Of a stretch of 64,000 bases of DNA, positions 1 through 11,418 are shown one piece after another; position 1 is the first letter of the stretch, and each line of letters begins with the position of its first letter. Below the pieces are notes generated by a model that was not told where the DNA came from, made no database searches, and worked only from the letters and a program-made list of their open reading frames with translations. Source of the stretch: a virus (lineage: Duplodnaviria; Caudoviricetes); the IMG/VR virus record IMGVR_UViG_2710264778_000001, positions 165,130 through 229,129 of that record; one strand, given 5' to 3'. The translations under genes were made by a program, and so were the position numbers.

Positions 1-452
1 TCAGACTCAAGTATCCCACTTTCCCACTCTTTTCTCCATTCATTAGAATTTATTTTAAAGAATGTATCAGCATCATAGTTACCTTTGACGGTAGTTAAAT
101 ATATTTTATTACAATAAGGTAAGAATTGTTCATATATTAACCCTCCACCAATAATAAATACTTCCTCTGATGAGTTCTTATATTCTTCTATTAATTCATT
201 TATATTATTTTTAAATATTAAAGATTCTTTTGGACTCATAGTGTTTATTCTATTTGATGTAGTTATTACTATATTATGTCTGTTTGGCAATGCTCCATTA
301 GGCAAACTGTCATAAGTTTTTCTGCCCATTATTATGGTGTGTTCTGTGGTAAGTTCTTTAAATCTTTTTAGATCTTCTTTAATTTTAAATAACAGATTAT
401 TGTCTTTCCCAATACCACCATTAATGTCACATGCGACTATTATTGATAACAT
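1..452 (-). CDS. folA: dihydrofolate reductase (3' end runs off the window; missing from ORF track)
   Basis: Manual translation from ATG at 452: MLSIIVACDINGGIGKDNNLLFKIKEDLKRFKELTTEHTIIMGRKTYDSLPNGALPNRHN...IIGGG. These are classic DHFR motifs, and the gene lies directly downstream of thyA. Confidence 0.95.
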   Translation of the reverse strand, partial: MLSIIVACDINGGIGKDNNLLFKIKEDLKRFKELTTEHTIIMGRKTYDSLPNGALPNRHNIVITTSNRINTMSPKESLIFKNNINELIEEYKNSSEEVFIIGGGLIYEQFLPYCNKIYLTTVKGNYDADTFFKINSNEWRKEWESGILES

Positions 453-454
453 AA

Positions 455-1315
455 TTAAACACTCACTTTCATACTAATTTTTCCCATATTCTCATAATCC
501 TCTAATTTAATATCATCTATAGTAAAATCATAGAAATTTGTTATATTGGTATTTAATTTAAGTTTGGGATTTGACACAAAAACACTCATCAGTTCTTTAT
601 TTTTAAGTAATGATAAATCATCCTTAATATGATTATATGTGTTTAATATATTATATCTTTTAACTTGTTCCTTCATACCATCTATTTGATTCTCATATAT
701 ATGAGCATTATTTATTACATGCGTAAGTTGTCCCACTTTCAGTTCTGTTATTTGAGCTATCATATGGACTAAAACTGCATATTGAGTTGTATTAAATGGC
801 ACACCTAATGGAATATCTCCAGAACGTTGTACAAGCATACAATTAAGTCTGCCATCTGTTACATCCCAAATAGTTTGATAACAACAAGGTTGTAATTGCA
901 TATCAGGTAAGTCTTCTATATTCCACAAAGATACAATCATGCGTCTATCTTGAGGGTTATTTTTAAGAGTTTCTATTAGCTTATCAAGTTGTTTATATTT
1001 TGCAATTTGATATCCATAAGCTTTACCTATAGTGTTGTTTGAATCAACCCATTCATCCCAAATATGAACATTTTGATTTTGCAATAAGGTAACATCATTT
1101 GATTGTGATTGCCATATCCACAACATTTCTTTCGTTGCTGTTTTGAATGCTACTTGTTTTGTTTTTAATATTGGGAATTCTTTTTGTAAATTCACTTGGA
1201 TTATTTGGTGTGGTAATTTATATGTTGGAACACCGGTTCTATTATTATCATAATAACCATTATTTAAAATATTCTCTACTATAGTCATGTATTGTTTTTC
1301 ATAATTATTTGCCAT
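455..1315 (-). CDS. thyA: thymidylate synthase
   Basis: [18 protein letters not shown], catalytic PC(C), [13 protein letters not shown] and AHIYENQ motifs. Confidence 0.97.
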   Translation of the reverse strand: MANNYEKQYMTIVENILNNGYYDNNRTGVPTYKLPHQIIQVNLQKEFPILKTKQVAFKTATKEMLWIWQSQSNDVTLLQNQNVHIWDEWVDSNNTIGKAYGYQIAKYKQLDKLIETLKNNPQDRRMIVSLWNIEDLPDMQLQPCCYQTIWDVTDGRLNCMLVQRSGDIPLGVPFNTTQYAVLVHMIAQITELKVGQLTHVINNAHIYENQIDGMKEQVKRYNILNTYNHIKDDLSLLKNKELMSVFVSNPKLKLNTNITNFYDFTIDDIKLEDYENMGKISMKVSV

Positions 1316-1351
1316 TCTCGTTCTCCTTAAACTTGATTATATTTTGTTTTA

Positions 1352-1669
1352 CTAAGATATTTTAAAATCTCTTTCTGCTGAGGTATAAGCATTTATTAAT
1401 TCATCCTCATTATAATCTTCATCTTGTTCAGATGATTTTCTTTCAAATAATGTTTTATCATATCCTAATAATTCATTATCATTTTGTTCTGGATTTTCAA
1501 TTATATTATGTAATAATTCATTGTCAGCTTGTAATTGTTCGACTAAATTTAATAAAAATCTACTATTTGATTTCCACTCTTCTTTTTCCTTTTTTAAGGT
1601 TTCTATTTCTAATAATAGTTCGTCTGTATTTTTTTCTTTGCTTTGTTTAATTTCCATATCATTTAACAT
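1352..1669 (-). CDS. hypothetical coiled-coil protein
   Basis: Minus-strand ORF with RBS, directly downstream of a sigma-A promoter. Confidence 0.6.
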   Translation of the reverse strand: MLNDMEIKQSKEKNTDELLLEIETLKKEKEEWKSNSRFLLNLVEQLQADNELLHNIIENPEQNDNELLGYDKTLFERKSSEQDEDYNEDELINAYTSAERDFKIS

Positions 1670-1733
1670 AATTTATTCTCTCCCTTATAATTTATCTTTT
1701 TATTATTTAATATCTCTTAGTTACCATAATATT

Positions 1734-1762
1734 ATTATAGAGCATATATTTGGACAAGTCAA
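1734..1762 (-). promoter_or_regulatory. sigma-A type promoter
   Basis: TTGACT-N17-TATAAT on the minus strand. Confidence 0.75.
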
Positions 1763-2001
1763 CACTATTATCTATATTTCATTTACTATTTGCAACTTTA
1801 TATTACTAATTAGATTAATACTTTATCGTAATTAAACTCTTCATCTAATTCATAGTCTTCATTCTCGCTAATTATATAGCTTAACTTAGTAGTTGCAGTT
1901 TCTTTGTCAGTTGCTATAACTAAAACTTCTTTGTCAGTTGTTTCATTCCAAACTGAAAATAAAAATGCTTTTAACAATTTGCTTCACTCCTCTTCTAATT
2001 T

Positions 2002-2331
2002 TTAAATATCTATTTTTCTTATAATGTCTTCTTCTTTCACATCAAAACATTTTGTTTCTTCCCATTCTCTTTGAAATAAAAAGCTTTCATATGTTGCAGT
2101 TGATTCAACTACATATGCCTTCCCATAATGAAAAGGATCTTTTACTTTTAATATTTCTCCACTTCCTTTCATTGTTTTATTAGAAGAATAAAGTAGAAAT
2201 TCAACTATATCTCCAACCTGATATTTATTAGGTTCTTCTATATTATTTGAGGGCATAAAACACCAAATAATATAGGATATAAAAAATATTGTTAATATTA
2301 TAATTGCATAAATCATATAAAATATAATCAC
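2002..2331 (-). CDS. hypothetical membrane-anchored protein
   Basis: Hydrophobic N-terminus, AGGAGG RBS. Confidence 0.6.
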   Translation of the reverse strand: MIIFYMIYAIIILTIFFISYIIWCFMPSNNIEEPNKYQVGDIVEFLLYSSNKTMKGSGEILKVKDPFHYGKAYVVESTATYESFLFQREWEETKCFDVKEEDIIRKIDI

Positions 2332-2370
2332 CTCCTAACCACATAAAATTTCAGTTTTATATATACTTTA

Positions 2371-2598
2371 TTATAATCTATTTACTATAATTTCATAGTC
2401 TTTGAATTTTATTTCTTCAATACTATATATTGAGTATTCTTTTGATTTTAACTTAGAATCTATAAGTATATTTAATGCTTTATCTTTATTTATTGCAGGT
2501 ATTATTTGAACTGTTGTATTTGGGTAGCTATAGTCTTTATCTTCATCACTCCACCATTCTCTAAATGAAATTTTATATAATTTATAATTATCTTTCAC
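2371..2598 (-). CDS. hypothetical protein
   Basis: ORF with AGGAGG RBS. Confidence 0.55.
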   Translation of the reverse strand: MKDNYKLYKISFREWWSDEDKDYSYPNTTVQIIPAINKDKALNILIDSKLKSKEYSIYSIEEIKFKDYEIIVNRL

Positions 2599-2791
2599 TT
2601 TAAATCCTCCTTATTGTGATTATTCGCACCCTTAAAGAATGCAATTATTCCTAATATCATTATTGTCCAAATTATTAAACTTATAATTACTACCTTGAGC
2701 ATATGTAACACCACCTCTTTATTATTTATTTATATTTAATTTAATACATGCTTATTTCAGTTTTATCATGTCTAATAATTCCTTTCCATGT

Positions 2792-3550
2792 TTAGTCATT
2801 AATATCCACTTCATATTTATACATGGAGTTATATAACGCATTAGGAATTATATTTTTGTATTCATTAGCAACCTCTTTAATATATTTTTCTTTTGCTATT
2901 TTATATTTTTTATGTGCTTCAAATTTATCACTGAAACTTCCCAAATATACTTCCCCTTTTAATGTATGTAATCTACTTCTAAATGAATTACTATCTGAAT
3001 TTTCACTTACACCTATTGGCAAATTACCTCTTGACGCATTTGATTTTAAAAATAATTGATTGATTCTTTTTGGCACAAATATACATGTTTCAGGACTGTA
3101 AACTGTATTGCCTTTATAAAGTATATCTTTATCTAATTCAGTTTTACCTAATTCATTTATTTCATAATAATTTTTTTCAAACCATTTGGCAAAGTTTTGA
3201 AAACACAACCAATCATCACATACATATTTGTTTTTATAAGTTGGTTTTTGTGTTTGATATTCTTCACTATAGCAACGCTGTAACATTCTAACCCAATAAC
3301 AATATGCTTTTGTCTTTTCCTTATCTTTGTATGGCAAATAATCTCCCACACCTAAATAACCAACACCAAACACTTTTTTATCATAAGGATTCTTGATTTT
3401 CCCTAGTTTAAATTCTTTATATTGGCAATTAACCACATATTTAAAACTATCTTGGAATTCTACATACATATTATCACTTCTTATATATTTTATAATTTTC
3501 ATTTTAGTACCATTTGTATTTTCTCTTATTTCTCCTATTCTATCTTTCAT
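2792..3550 (-). CDS. free-standing HNH-type homing endonuclease (copy 1 of 4)
   Basis: W..ML.RC, W..FQNFA.W, LDKDIL...N..YS...C.FVP..IN and YLG.F motifs; directly downstream of the ligase gene. Confidence 0.75.
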   Translation of the reverse strand: MKDRIGEIRENTNGTKMKIIKYIRSDNMYVEFQDSFKYVVNCQYKEFKLGKIKNPYDKKVFGVGYLGVGDYLPYKDKEKTKAYCYWVRMLQRCYSEEYQTQKPTYKNKYVCDDWLCFQNFAKWFEKNYYEINELGKTELDKDILYKGNTVYSPETCIFVPKRINQLFLKSNASRGNLPIGVSENSDSNSFRSRLHTLKGEVYLGSFSDKFEAHKKYKIAKEKYIKEVANEYKNIIPNALYNSMYKYEVDIND

Positions 3551-3563
3551 TTAAAATCTCCTT

Positions 3564-4832
3564 TTAATAATAACTTGGCTCACATTTATCAAATCTCCAT
3601 TCGAGAAATACAGGGAATCTTAAACTAGGTTTATTATCTTTACTATTGGTTGTTTCTTCAAAATATTGTATTTTTGCTATTTTCCCTATATATTTATTTG
3701 GATTATTATAGACTTCATTTCTCATTTCATCTGAAAATCCAGAACCAACTCCAATAGTATTATTTTTATATTCAACATTTATTCGACCCAGTGTTCCTTT
3801 ATTTTTTCCTTCGCCTTCCTCGATTGATAGTACTTTAAGGTCAGCATCTTGAAACTTCTTTACTTTTAGTATATTTGACGTTCTTTTACATTCATATGGA
3901 GCATTCGAAAGATTAACCATTACTCCTTCTTCATCATTAGCTATAGCTTCATCTAATAACTTAATTATTACACTTTCATCTTTACCTATGTATCGAATTG
4001 GTACCTCAATTATATTTGTAAATCCATGTACAGATATTAAATTGCTTAATTGTTCTTTTCTCTCTTTACATTTTGTTTTTGAAATACCTTGTTTAAATTC
4101 TTCAAATGTTAAAATATCAAATGCATGTAATGCTAATCCGTGTTTAACACCTTTCTTTCTTGATTCTTTCATTGTTTCTCTATATAAATCCTTCGAATGT
4201 AGCCCCTCTATATTTAAAAGTAATTCTCCGTCTATTACAGTATTATTAGGTATCTTTTTAGAATCTTCTTCGAACTCTACTAATCCTTCTATTTCTTGCC
4301 CTTGTCTTGTAAAATATTTAACTTGCCCATTCTCATCTTTAATTAAAACAAATCTGCATCCATCTAACTTTTGAGTAATAATAAATTCTTTACCTTTTAC
4401 TTTTTGTGGCTTCTCAAAGTATTTATCAGCTAACATCACATTGAACTGTGGAATTAAATCTTTCCATACTTTATTAATACCTTTTGCATTAATACCCATT
4501 CTTAAATCTTTCAGTAAGATACATTTATATAGTTCCATTTCATTTTCATTTTGAATACTTCCAAGAAATGAATTTGCAGTAGCCCTTAAAGAATCATTAA
4601 TGTTTGAACTTGATAATATATCTAACAATTCAAATATATCAATAGTAAAATTAGCACTATTAATTGGATTAATTGATTTCTCACTCATTCCATATTTTTT
4701 AAATGGATCATATGTATACAACAAAACTTTCTTTAATAATTCATTGTCCTTATTCTTTTGTAATATTGCTATTTTTCCATTTGTTGAAGACTCATTTCTT
4801 AATTTTTGTACAATTTCTATTACTTCTTTCAT
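3564..4832 (-). CDS. lig: ATP-dependent DNA ligase
   Basis: KLDGCR adenylation motif, DGEL, AFDIL, EGVMV, ILKVK, and OB-fold VGSGF and LRFP motifs. Confidence 0.95.
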   Translation of the reverse strand: MKEVIEIVQKLRNESSTNGKIAILQKNKDNELLKKVLLYTYDPFKKYGMSEKSINPINSANFTIDIFELLDILSSSNINDSLRATANSFLGSIQNENEMELYKCILLKDLRMGINAKGINKVWKDLIPQFNVMLADKYFEKPQKVKGKEFIITQKLDGCRFVLIKDENGQVKYFTRQGQEIEGLVEFEEDSKKIPNNTVIDGELLLNIEGLHSKDLYRETMKESRKKGVKHGLALHAFDILTFEEFKQGISKTKCKERKEQLSNLISVHGFTNIIEVPIRYIGKDESVIIKLLDEAIANDEEGVMVNLSNAPYECKRTSNILKVKKFQDADLKVLSIEEGEGKNKGTLGRINVEYKNNTIGVGSGFSDEMRNEVYNNPNKYIGKIAKIQYFEETTNSKDNKPSLRFPVFLEWRFDKCEPSYY

Positions 4833-5087
4833 TAAACTCTCTCCTTTAAGTTTTATAATTTTGTATATTTTATTTATTCAATGTTTGCGTTCTTGAAAGC
4901 TTGTTCATATTCACTCATATCATTTTCATCAAACCATTTGCTATAAATATCTGTAACATCTGGAATAGAATCAAATAAATCAACAATGTTATTTGGCATA
5001 ATACAACCCCTCCTAATTTTATAATATAATTTATGTATTTCATATAAGGCTTGGACTATTTACTATTTAGTTCCTACCCTTGATATA

Positions 5088-5116
5088 ATAATACTACTAT
5101 TGCATATTATTGTCAA
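5088..5116 (-). promoter_or_regulatory. sigma-A type promoter with adjacent 19-bp motif
   Basis: TTGACA-N17-TATTAT; recurrent motif at 5119-5137 immediately upstream. Confidence 0.65.
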
Positions 5117-5188
5117 CAACTTATTTATATTTTATTTACATTATTTAAAAAAGGTAGAAAAATAATTTCCACCTTTTAATATATGTAT

Positions 5189-5896
5189 TTATTTAATTAT
5201 AGAAACATCGTCCTGTGACACTACATCATAGTTATTTACTGAAAATCCTATATTTACTTTATCTGAAACATAAGTATGTATTTGATCTGTAATATTTTCT
5301 TTTAAATTTTCTATGCCTTCTTTTCTAAAACTTTCATTAGATAATATTGTATTTCTAGCATAATCTCTAATTCTAGAATTAATTGAATTAATTTCTGAAG
5401 ATGAAAAGTTATTTTGTAACCATCCTACTCTTTCATTAGTCTGAACATCTGATAATTCACATTTATTTAGAGATAGTTTATTATAAGATAAATCAATATA
5501 AATAGTATCATTCTTGATAGTAACTTGAGGATTAGACATATTATAGCTAAACATAAAAGAGAATTGTGAATCTACAGTTATATCTTTACTATTCCAAGTA
5601 TCTATTTTATCTCTTAACCATTTCATTGTTACATCATTTTCAGTTATATTTTTATTGGTAAAAGCACATCTAGTATTAACTATACCTTTTAATACATTAA
5701 GACTATTTTCTTTACTTAGTGCTTTTATTACTGATTCCTTATCTATCACTCTATAGGTTTGTTGTTCTAATGTTGTTTGATTATTTGTATTCGAACTGGC
5801 TTTATGTATGTTCTTGTAGGATTTACATGTGAATAAACTAAGTGTAATTAAAATAATTGTTAATCCTATTATTATAATTTTAATCATCTTACTCAT
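5189..5896 (-). CDS. membrane-anchored hypothetical protein (DUF4230-like)
   Basis: N-terminal hydrophobic segment; family assignment tentative. Confidence 0.5.
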   Translation of the reverse strand: MSKMIKIIIIGLTIILITLSLFTCKSYKNIHKASSNTNNQTTLEQQTYRVIDKESVIKALSKENSLNVLKGIVNTRCAFTNKNITENDVTMKWLRDKIDTWNSKDITVDSQFSFMFSYNMSNPQVTIKNDTIYIDLSYNKLSLNKCELSDVQTNERVGWLQNNFSSSEINSINSRIRDYARNTILSNESFRKEGIENLKENITDQIHTYVSDKVNIGFSVNNYDVVSQDDVSIIK

Positions 5897-6140
5897 TATG
5901 ATCTAGCTCACTTTCATTTGAATTGCTAGACATATTGTCAATTTTTATAATTAAATCTACTATAGGTGAAAATACAAATACTATCCAGTAGTATGTCATA
6001 AGAATTTTTCTATTTTTAGTATGTAGTTTTTGTCCTATTAAAAAAGTAAATGAACCTAAAAGTGAGTAAATTAGAATTATATATAATATTATTATCATTT
6101 TAAATCTCTCCCCATATTTTATTAATTGAAATTTACCCAC
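5889..6140 (-). CDS. hypothetical membrane protein
   Basis: Two hydrophobic segments; overlaps the next gene. Confidence 0.5.
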   Translation of the reverse strand: MGKFQLIKYGERFKMIIILYIILIYSLLGSFTFLIGQKLHTKNRKILMTYYWIVFVFSPIVDLIIKIDNMSSNSNESELDHNE

Positions 6141-6173
6141 TTTCTACTCTTTTGTTATTGTTTTATTTTATTA

Positions 6174-6431
6174 TTAATCTTTTAATAAATCTTTCATTTT
6201 TGTTTCCATTATCTCTATGTTTTTCTCTAGTGTTTCAATGTATTGAGTTATTAAATTTGTAGAATCAAATAGATGTGTTCCAATATATAAATCTTTATCT
6301 TTTTCATATGATTTTAACTGAGTGTTCATTTCTTCCAATAATTTAGATTGTATTTTGATTAATTTCATTATTCTTTTGTGAGTTTTTATGCTTGTATACA
6401 TTAATTTAAGCATAGTAATAAACTTATTCAT
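6174..6431 (-). CDS. hypothetical protein
   Basis: ORF with RBS. Confidence 0.55.
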   Translation of the reverse strand: MNKFITMLKLMYTSIKTHKRIMKLIKIQSKLLEEMNTQLKSYEKDKDLYIGTHLFDSTNLITQYIETLEKNIEIMETKMKDLLKD

Positions 6432-6534
6432 AATCTACTCCTTTCTATAACTTAGTTATAATTTATCTATAAGTAGTTAAATGTATGATTTTAACTAGTT
6501 TTTATAGTTTGGGAGGCTAGTAATAGCCCCATTC

Positions 6535-7173
6535 TTATTTGCCACTAGAACCTCTATTACCTTCTCCTCTTTTAGATGGTATTGATTTTAATTCTTCTAA
6601 TGAAATTTCTTTAACATTCATTTTAGGGACAGGTAAAACAACAGCTTGACATATAGCTTTTTCATATGGATATATAATATGATCTAAGGATAAGTCATCA
6701 ATTAATTCTTCATTCTCTTTTTTAATTATTGCTATAGGATTATTAGTTGTATTTGTTATAGGAACGAACCACTCTCCTCTATATCCTGAATCAATAACAC
6801 CACATCTTTGAGCAATACCTTTTGTTCCTGTAGAACCCCTCTCTTTTAATACAATTGCATAATCTTCACTACAAGCACTACAAATTCCTGTAGGTATCAT
6901 TTTAGTTTCATGAGGATTAATTAACATATATTCTTCATGAAAATCTGCATATATATCATAACCCATGTTTTCTTCATCTTTAGTTGGTATTTTAGCAGTT
7001 TCACTTGTTTTTGCAAATATCAAAGTATTTCCTAATCCTTGATTTAAAATTTCTGTCTTCATGTGTTCTAATGTTTCTTTATTATTGAAATCCATTGTGT
7101 ATCCTACTTCCATGTCAATTCCTCCATTAATTTTAGTATTTACTATTGTGTTGTTGTCTCCTATATTTATCAT
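6535..7173 (-). CDS. dut: trimeric dUTPase
   Basis: GYDIYA, RGS, GVIDSGYRGE, ICQ and C-terminal RGEGNRGSSG motifs. Confidence 0.93.
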   Translation of the reverse strand: MINIGDNNTIVNTKINGGIDMEVGYTMDFNNKETLEHMKTEILNQGLGNTLIFAKTSETAKIPTKDEENMGYDIYADFHEEYMLINPHETKMIPTGICSACSEDYAIVLKERGSTGTKGIAQRCGVIDSGYRGEWFVPITNTTNNPIAIIKKENEELIDDLSLDHIIYPYEKAICQAVVLPVPKMNVKEISLEELKSIPSKRGEGNRGSSGK

Positions 7174-7273
7174 TTATTTCTCTCCTTTAATTTTAATTTG
7201 TTTTATATTTTATTTTTATTCGTCTAACTAACTGCACTTGTGAACAAGTTCGTAAGTTAATTGATATTTTACT

Positions 7274-7528
7274 TTATTTTATAATTAACTTATCTAAATC
7301 TTCTTCATCATAGTTATAAAATTCATCTACTATATGACCAATAAATCCAAATATATCTTCTATTGCTTGTTTAACTTTCTTTTCTTCATCTGTTGGCTGA
7401 TATGTATTAATATCTACTTTATCTAATATCTTTTGGCCTGTTATAGCTAAGTCTGTTTTGAAAATATCTTTTACCTTAGTTATGGTGTCTTTTAATTCTG
7501 TAAGTTCTGTTAGTATTTTAGATTCCAT
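7274..7528 (-). CDS. hypothetical protein
   Basis: ORF with RBS. Confidence 0.55.
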   Translation of the reverse strand: MESKILTELTELKDTITKVKDIFKTDLAITGQKILDKVDINTYQPTDEEKKVKQAIEDIFGFIGHIVDEFYNYDEEDLDKLIIK

Positions 7529-7749
7529 TATATTAATCTCCTTTTAGTAAAATATATAATTTTTATTTGAACCTTCGGTAATAGAATCTCTTGATAATTT
7601 TTCATTTGGGTATTCAGAGTCCCCAAGTTCTATAGTATAATCTTGATTTAATGTTTTAAGATATTCTATTAATTCTGCTACTGTCATTGCATCTTCCATT
7701 TATATTAACTCCTTTCCCAATGCTTTAAATTGTAGTTTTTATTGTCTTT

Positions 7750-8187
7750 TTATTCCCAATCTAAACTAGCAGTTTTCTCTTCAAACTCACCATCTTTAAT
7801 GATAAATCTAAAATGTTCTCCGTCTTCACCACTAAATTGTAAAAATCCATCCTCACAATATGGAGCTATTATTTTAAAGAATGTGTCATCATCACCATAT
7901 TTTTCACCTAAGAAATCTGTTATTATGTAGAAATTATCTTCTTCTTTAATTTCATATCTTAAATCTGACCAAACATCTTCTATTGACATTAATTCATCTT
8001 CTTCATAATCATCGTCCCATGAATGGTCTTCTTTATCTGTCCCTAAGTCAATTTCATTAATATCAAATCCATCTACCCAACGTAAAGTATTTGATTTAAA
8101 ATAATCTGATAGTGTTTGTAGTATTATCTTCATATTTTCCTTTTTAATTTTTATAGTTCCTTCTTCATGACTTATACAATATCCCAT
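7750..8187 (-). CDS. hypothetical acidic protein
   Basis: ORF coupled to the upstream gene. Confidence 0.6.
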   Translation of the reverse strand: MGYCISHEEGTIKIKKENMKIILQTLSDYFKSNTLRWVDGFDINEIDLGTDKEDHSWDDDYEEDELMSIEDVWSDLRYEIKEEDNFYIITDFLGEKYGDDDTFFKIIAPYCEDGFLQFSGEDGEHFRFIIKDGEFEEKTASLDWE

Positions 8188-8189
8188 AA

Positions 8190-8483
8190 CTAATTTTCCT
8201 CCTTGTTTAAAAATAATTTCTTTTCTTCATTTAAATTTAATTTATACTTTTTAACTATATAATCTAATAATTCATCATTGTCAATTTTACTACCATTACA
8301 AAATGGACACATATGTTTAGGTACACTACCACCATTCCCATTTATAATATCAAACCAATCTTTACCTTCTGTATTTTCTATGCATTCGTCACACAAGCTT
8401 CTTCCACATTCCTCACATTCTGATACATACTCTTCATACCTTGCATCTCCACAACAATCACAACTATAATAATCTACTGACAT
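8190..8483 (-). CDS. Cys-rich putative zinc-finger protein
   Basis: Four CxxC pairs. Confidence 0.6.
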   Translation of the reverse strand: MSVDYYSCDCCGDARYEEYVSECEECGRSLCDECIENTEGKDWFDIINGNGGSVPKHMCPFCNGSKIDNDELLDYIVKKYKLNLNEEKKLFLNKEEN

Positions 8484-8595
8484 TTTACATCTCTCCTCTT
8501 TCTTTTATTATTTAATTTATTTGTAATGTCATAAAATATTCTTTTGATTGACTTTTTTGTTTTAAGATAAGGGAATAAATCCCCTATCTATTAGC

Positions 8596-11391
8596 TTAAT
8601 TTAAATCAACTTCATATTGATTGCTTGAACCATACATCGAATTTTCACATTTCTTATCTTTTTCAAACTTTCCACATATTAACTTATCAATATATTTTGT
8701 TTGTTCTAAATTTTTTATATCATTGTATTCATATCCAGTCCAAACAAAAATACTACAATCAGGAATTTCTTCTTTTACTGATTTTAATAAATCTAATAAT
8801 TCTTCTCTATTATATGGTGCGAATGGTTCACCACCTAAAACTGATAAAGCCTTTCTTTCTTTACATAATTCTATTATTTTTTGTTTATTTAATTTAAATT
8901 CTGTATCATGTTTCCATAAAAATTGATTATGACAATCTTCACAATGGTGTGGGCATCCTGTAAACCATACTGATACTCTTAATCCTTCACCATTTAGTAT
9001 TTCAAAATCGTGAATTCCTCGTTCAACTTCTCGTCCATAATGAACTTCTCTATCTTGATTTTCTTGTTCTTTTCCTTCATTTACTCTTGTATCACCATCA
9101 ATAACATAATAAGAAAGATATCCACAAACTCTGTCAGTAACTATTATTTTTTTACTACCACAATGAGAACAATGAGGATTTGTTTTATCATAATCAAGTA
9201 TTTCTTTGCCACAATTCTCACAAATAGCTGAATCGAAGTTTACTCCTTCATATAATCCCATTTTCATAGCATGTCTTGTAACTTGACTTATAGCTTTTAT
9301 ATTGTGATTTATAGGGTACTCGCTATAAAAAATGTGACCACCATTGCTTAAATCAAACATAGGTTTTTCTATTTTCATTTTTTCAAATGGATCAATTTTA
9401 GCAGTAACATTTACATGAAAACTATTCATAAAATATTTTTTGTCAGTTATTCCTTTAACTTCACCAAAATGTTCAAATTCTTTATCTCTACAAGTTTCAG
9501 CATACTTTTCGGCAGGTGTTCCGTAAATTGCAAATAATAATCCATGTTTTTTGATGGCTTCATCTTTCCACTTGTTTAAATGTTCTAAAACTTTGATAGA
9601 AAAACTGTTATCTTCATGTTCTTCTTTTCCAGTCATTAATAAATTCACTTCATTTAACCCTATATATCCATATGACCAAGTAAAAGTTCTTATTGCTTTT
9701 TCAATAGTTTCATCAGGTTTAAGTTTCATATGACATCCACCCTCACAAAAGAACAATGGATTTGAACTAGCTAAAACATTTTTCATTCTATTAAATTGCC
9801 ATAAATGTCCTTCAGTTGCTAAGTCAAAATACTTTTTAAGTTCTTTGAAATAAGCTTTTTCATCTCTTGTTTCTCTAAACATTAATGCTGGTCTTACTGT
9901 ATTTAAAGTTATTGCACCACAATTTGCCCTTCCATTAAATACTGGGTTGCCATTTTCATCAAACCATACTGATAAATAAGCTCTACACACTTCATTCTAT
10001 TATTTCTAATAGCGTGGACTATACCTTTATATACCTTTTAACAAGAGTTTATTTGTAGTTACTCTAAAGATATATACCTCACATTAAGCTAATTTAAATA
10101 TAATTAACTTACACATATTGGTCTACAAAACCTTCTGTGAAGTCTCTACACCGTTGCTTTATTACTAAAGCCTTTAGGCTCGGTATTACCTTATCATAAG
10201 ACTTAGGCTTCACCGATTTGAGTGAGGTTTTGTATGGGCAGTAGATTATATTCTACCCATAGGTGCTAATGCATATCCATACTTTTTCCATATCTCTCCA
10301 CAATAGCCTTCATCAAGAGAAAGAAAGTCAGGATAGTTTCTTTTACTTCTACATTTAATTGCTAAGTTGTATAAATCTTCATTAATTCCACCTTCTCCAT
10401 GTATTTCATCTCTATAAAAGAATACTATTTTAGGAAATATTGCAGTTTGATGGAGTTTACCACAACCTTTTAATCTAGTTTCCAATATTATTCTAGTAAC
10501 AAATTTAGCCCAAAATGAAGTTCTATTTCCAAATGCTATTGTTTCAAATGGAACTTGCATATTAGAATTCGATATAGAATTTAATCTAGTTTCTATTCCA
10601 TTCCATCTTTTTCTAAAGGCACGTTCTACAAATTTCATTGCTAAATCTTTAATAGTTTCTTCATCTACTTTATCTCCTAGTTGATTTTTATAATATGTAA
10701 TTGATTTTTCATAAGATTTCTCAAGAACATCTTCTAATACATGGTCAATTTCATTTATTGTAAAGCCACCATATTCTTGAGAGCTAGCTTCAAGCAAAAC
10801 ATCTGATAAAACACCTAAGTAAGCTTCTATGCTATCAGCATCATCATATAATAAACCATTTATTACTGGATTATTGTCTATAACATTTTTCATATCAAAT
10901 AAGCAACAATTTATACTTCCAAAATAACGATCTGCTAAATCATGAAATTTCATTTTATTATCTATATGTGCATCTGCTAATTTTCTAGGTAATACATGGG
11001 TTAACATTTCATTTTGAATAAATGAGTCTAATATATGTCCTTTTTTGGTAGATATTAAATATGAATTTTTATTTGCATTTTCTCTATTAGGTTTTGTTAA
11101 TATGTTGTAAAATTCACTTCTTAATTCTTTATTTCTTTTGTATTCTTGTATTGCTCTATATCCTTCATAAGATAATGCAATATCTTTATTTTTATTTTCT
11201 ATAAGTAATAACACTACATTCTTTTCTATATTTACTACAGATGGTTCAATTTCGTTATTGATTAATTTCTCTTGGATTCTATTTGCTACTTTTTCAGCAA
11301 TCTTGTCTGTTCCTCCAGCTTTTTGAATAGCTTCAACTATTCTTTGTTTATTGAAGTCTTGTTTTTCTCCTGTCCTTTTTGTAATTTGCAT
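8596..11391 (-). CDS. nrdD: anaerobic ribonucleotide reductase NrdD fused to activase NrdG; exons 11391-10255 and 9987-8596 (about 842 aa spliced)
   Basis: N-terminal ATP cone, INCC, NYPD, PMG|CR rejoined across the intron, YGTPAE, GGH, Zn CxxC pairs and the RVCGY glycyl-radical loop. These run in frame into NGEGLRVSVWFTGCPHHCEDCHN (NrdG CxxxCxxC), LGGEP and GSSNQ. Confidence 0.93.
9988..10254 (-). ncRNA. group I intron (267 nt, no ORF) in nrdD
   Basis: 5' exon ends in U. P1 AUGGGU/GCCCAU has the U-G wobble; P10 UCUAC pairs with GUAGA in the 3' exon. P-like AAAUCGGUGAAGC, Q-like AAUACCGAGCC, R GUAGAGACUU and S AAGGUAUAGUCC are present, and the terminal base is G. Removal restores PMGCRAYL. 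Confidence 0.93.
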
Positions 11392-11418
11392 TTGACCACT
11401 CTCTTTCTATTTTATAAT

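Noticed and set aside
7225-7265. LexA box or ncRNA in the hairpin containing GAACAAGTTC
   Set aside because: Spacing is GAAC-N2-GTTC rather than N4; probably a simple hairpin.
8596-11391. nrdD as a broken pseudogene or two separate genes
   Set aside because: The gap has complete group I intron hallmarks, and its removal restores the frame and the PMGCR motif.
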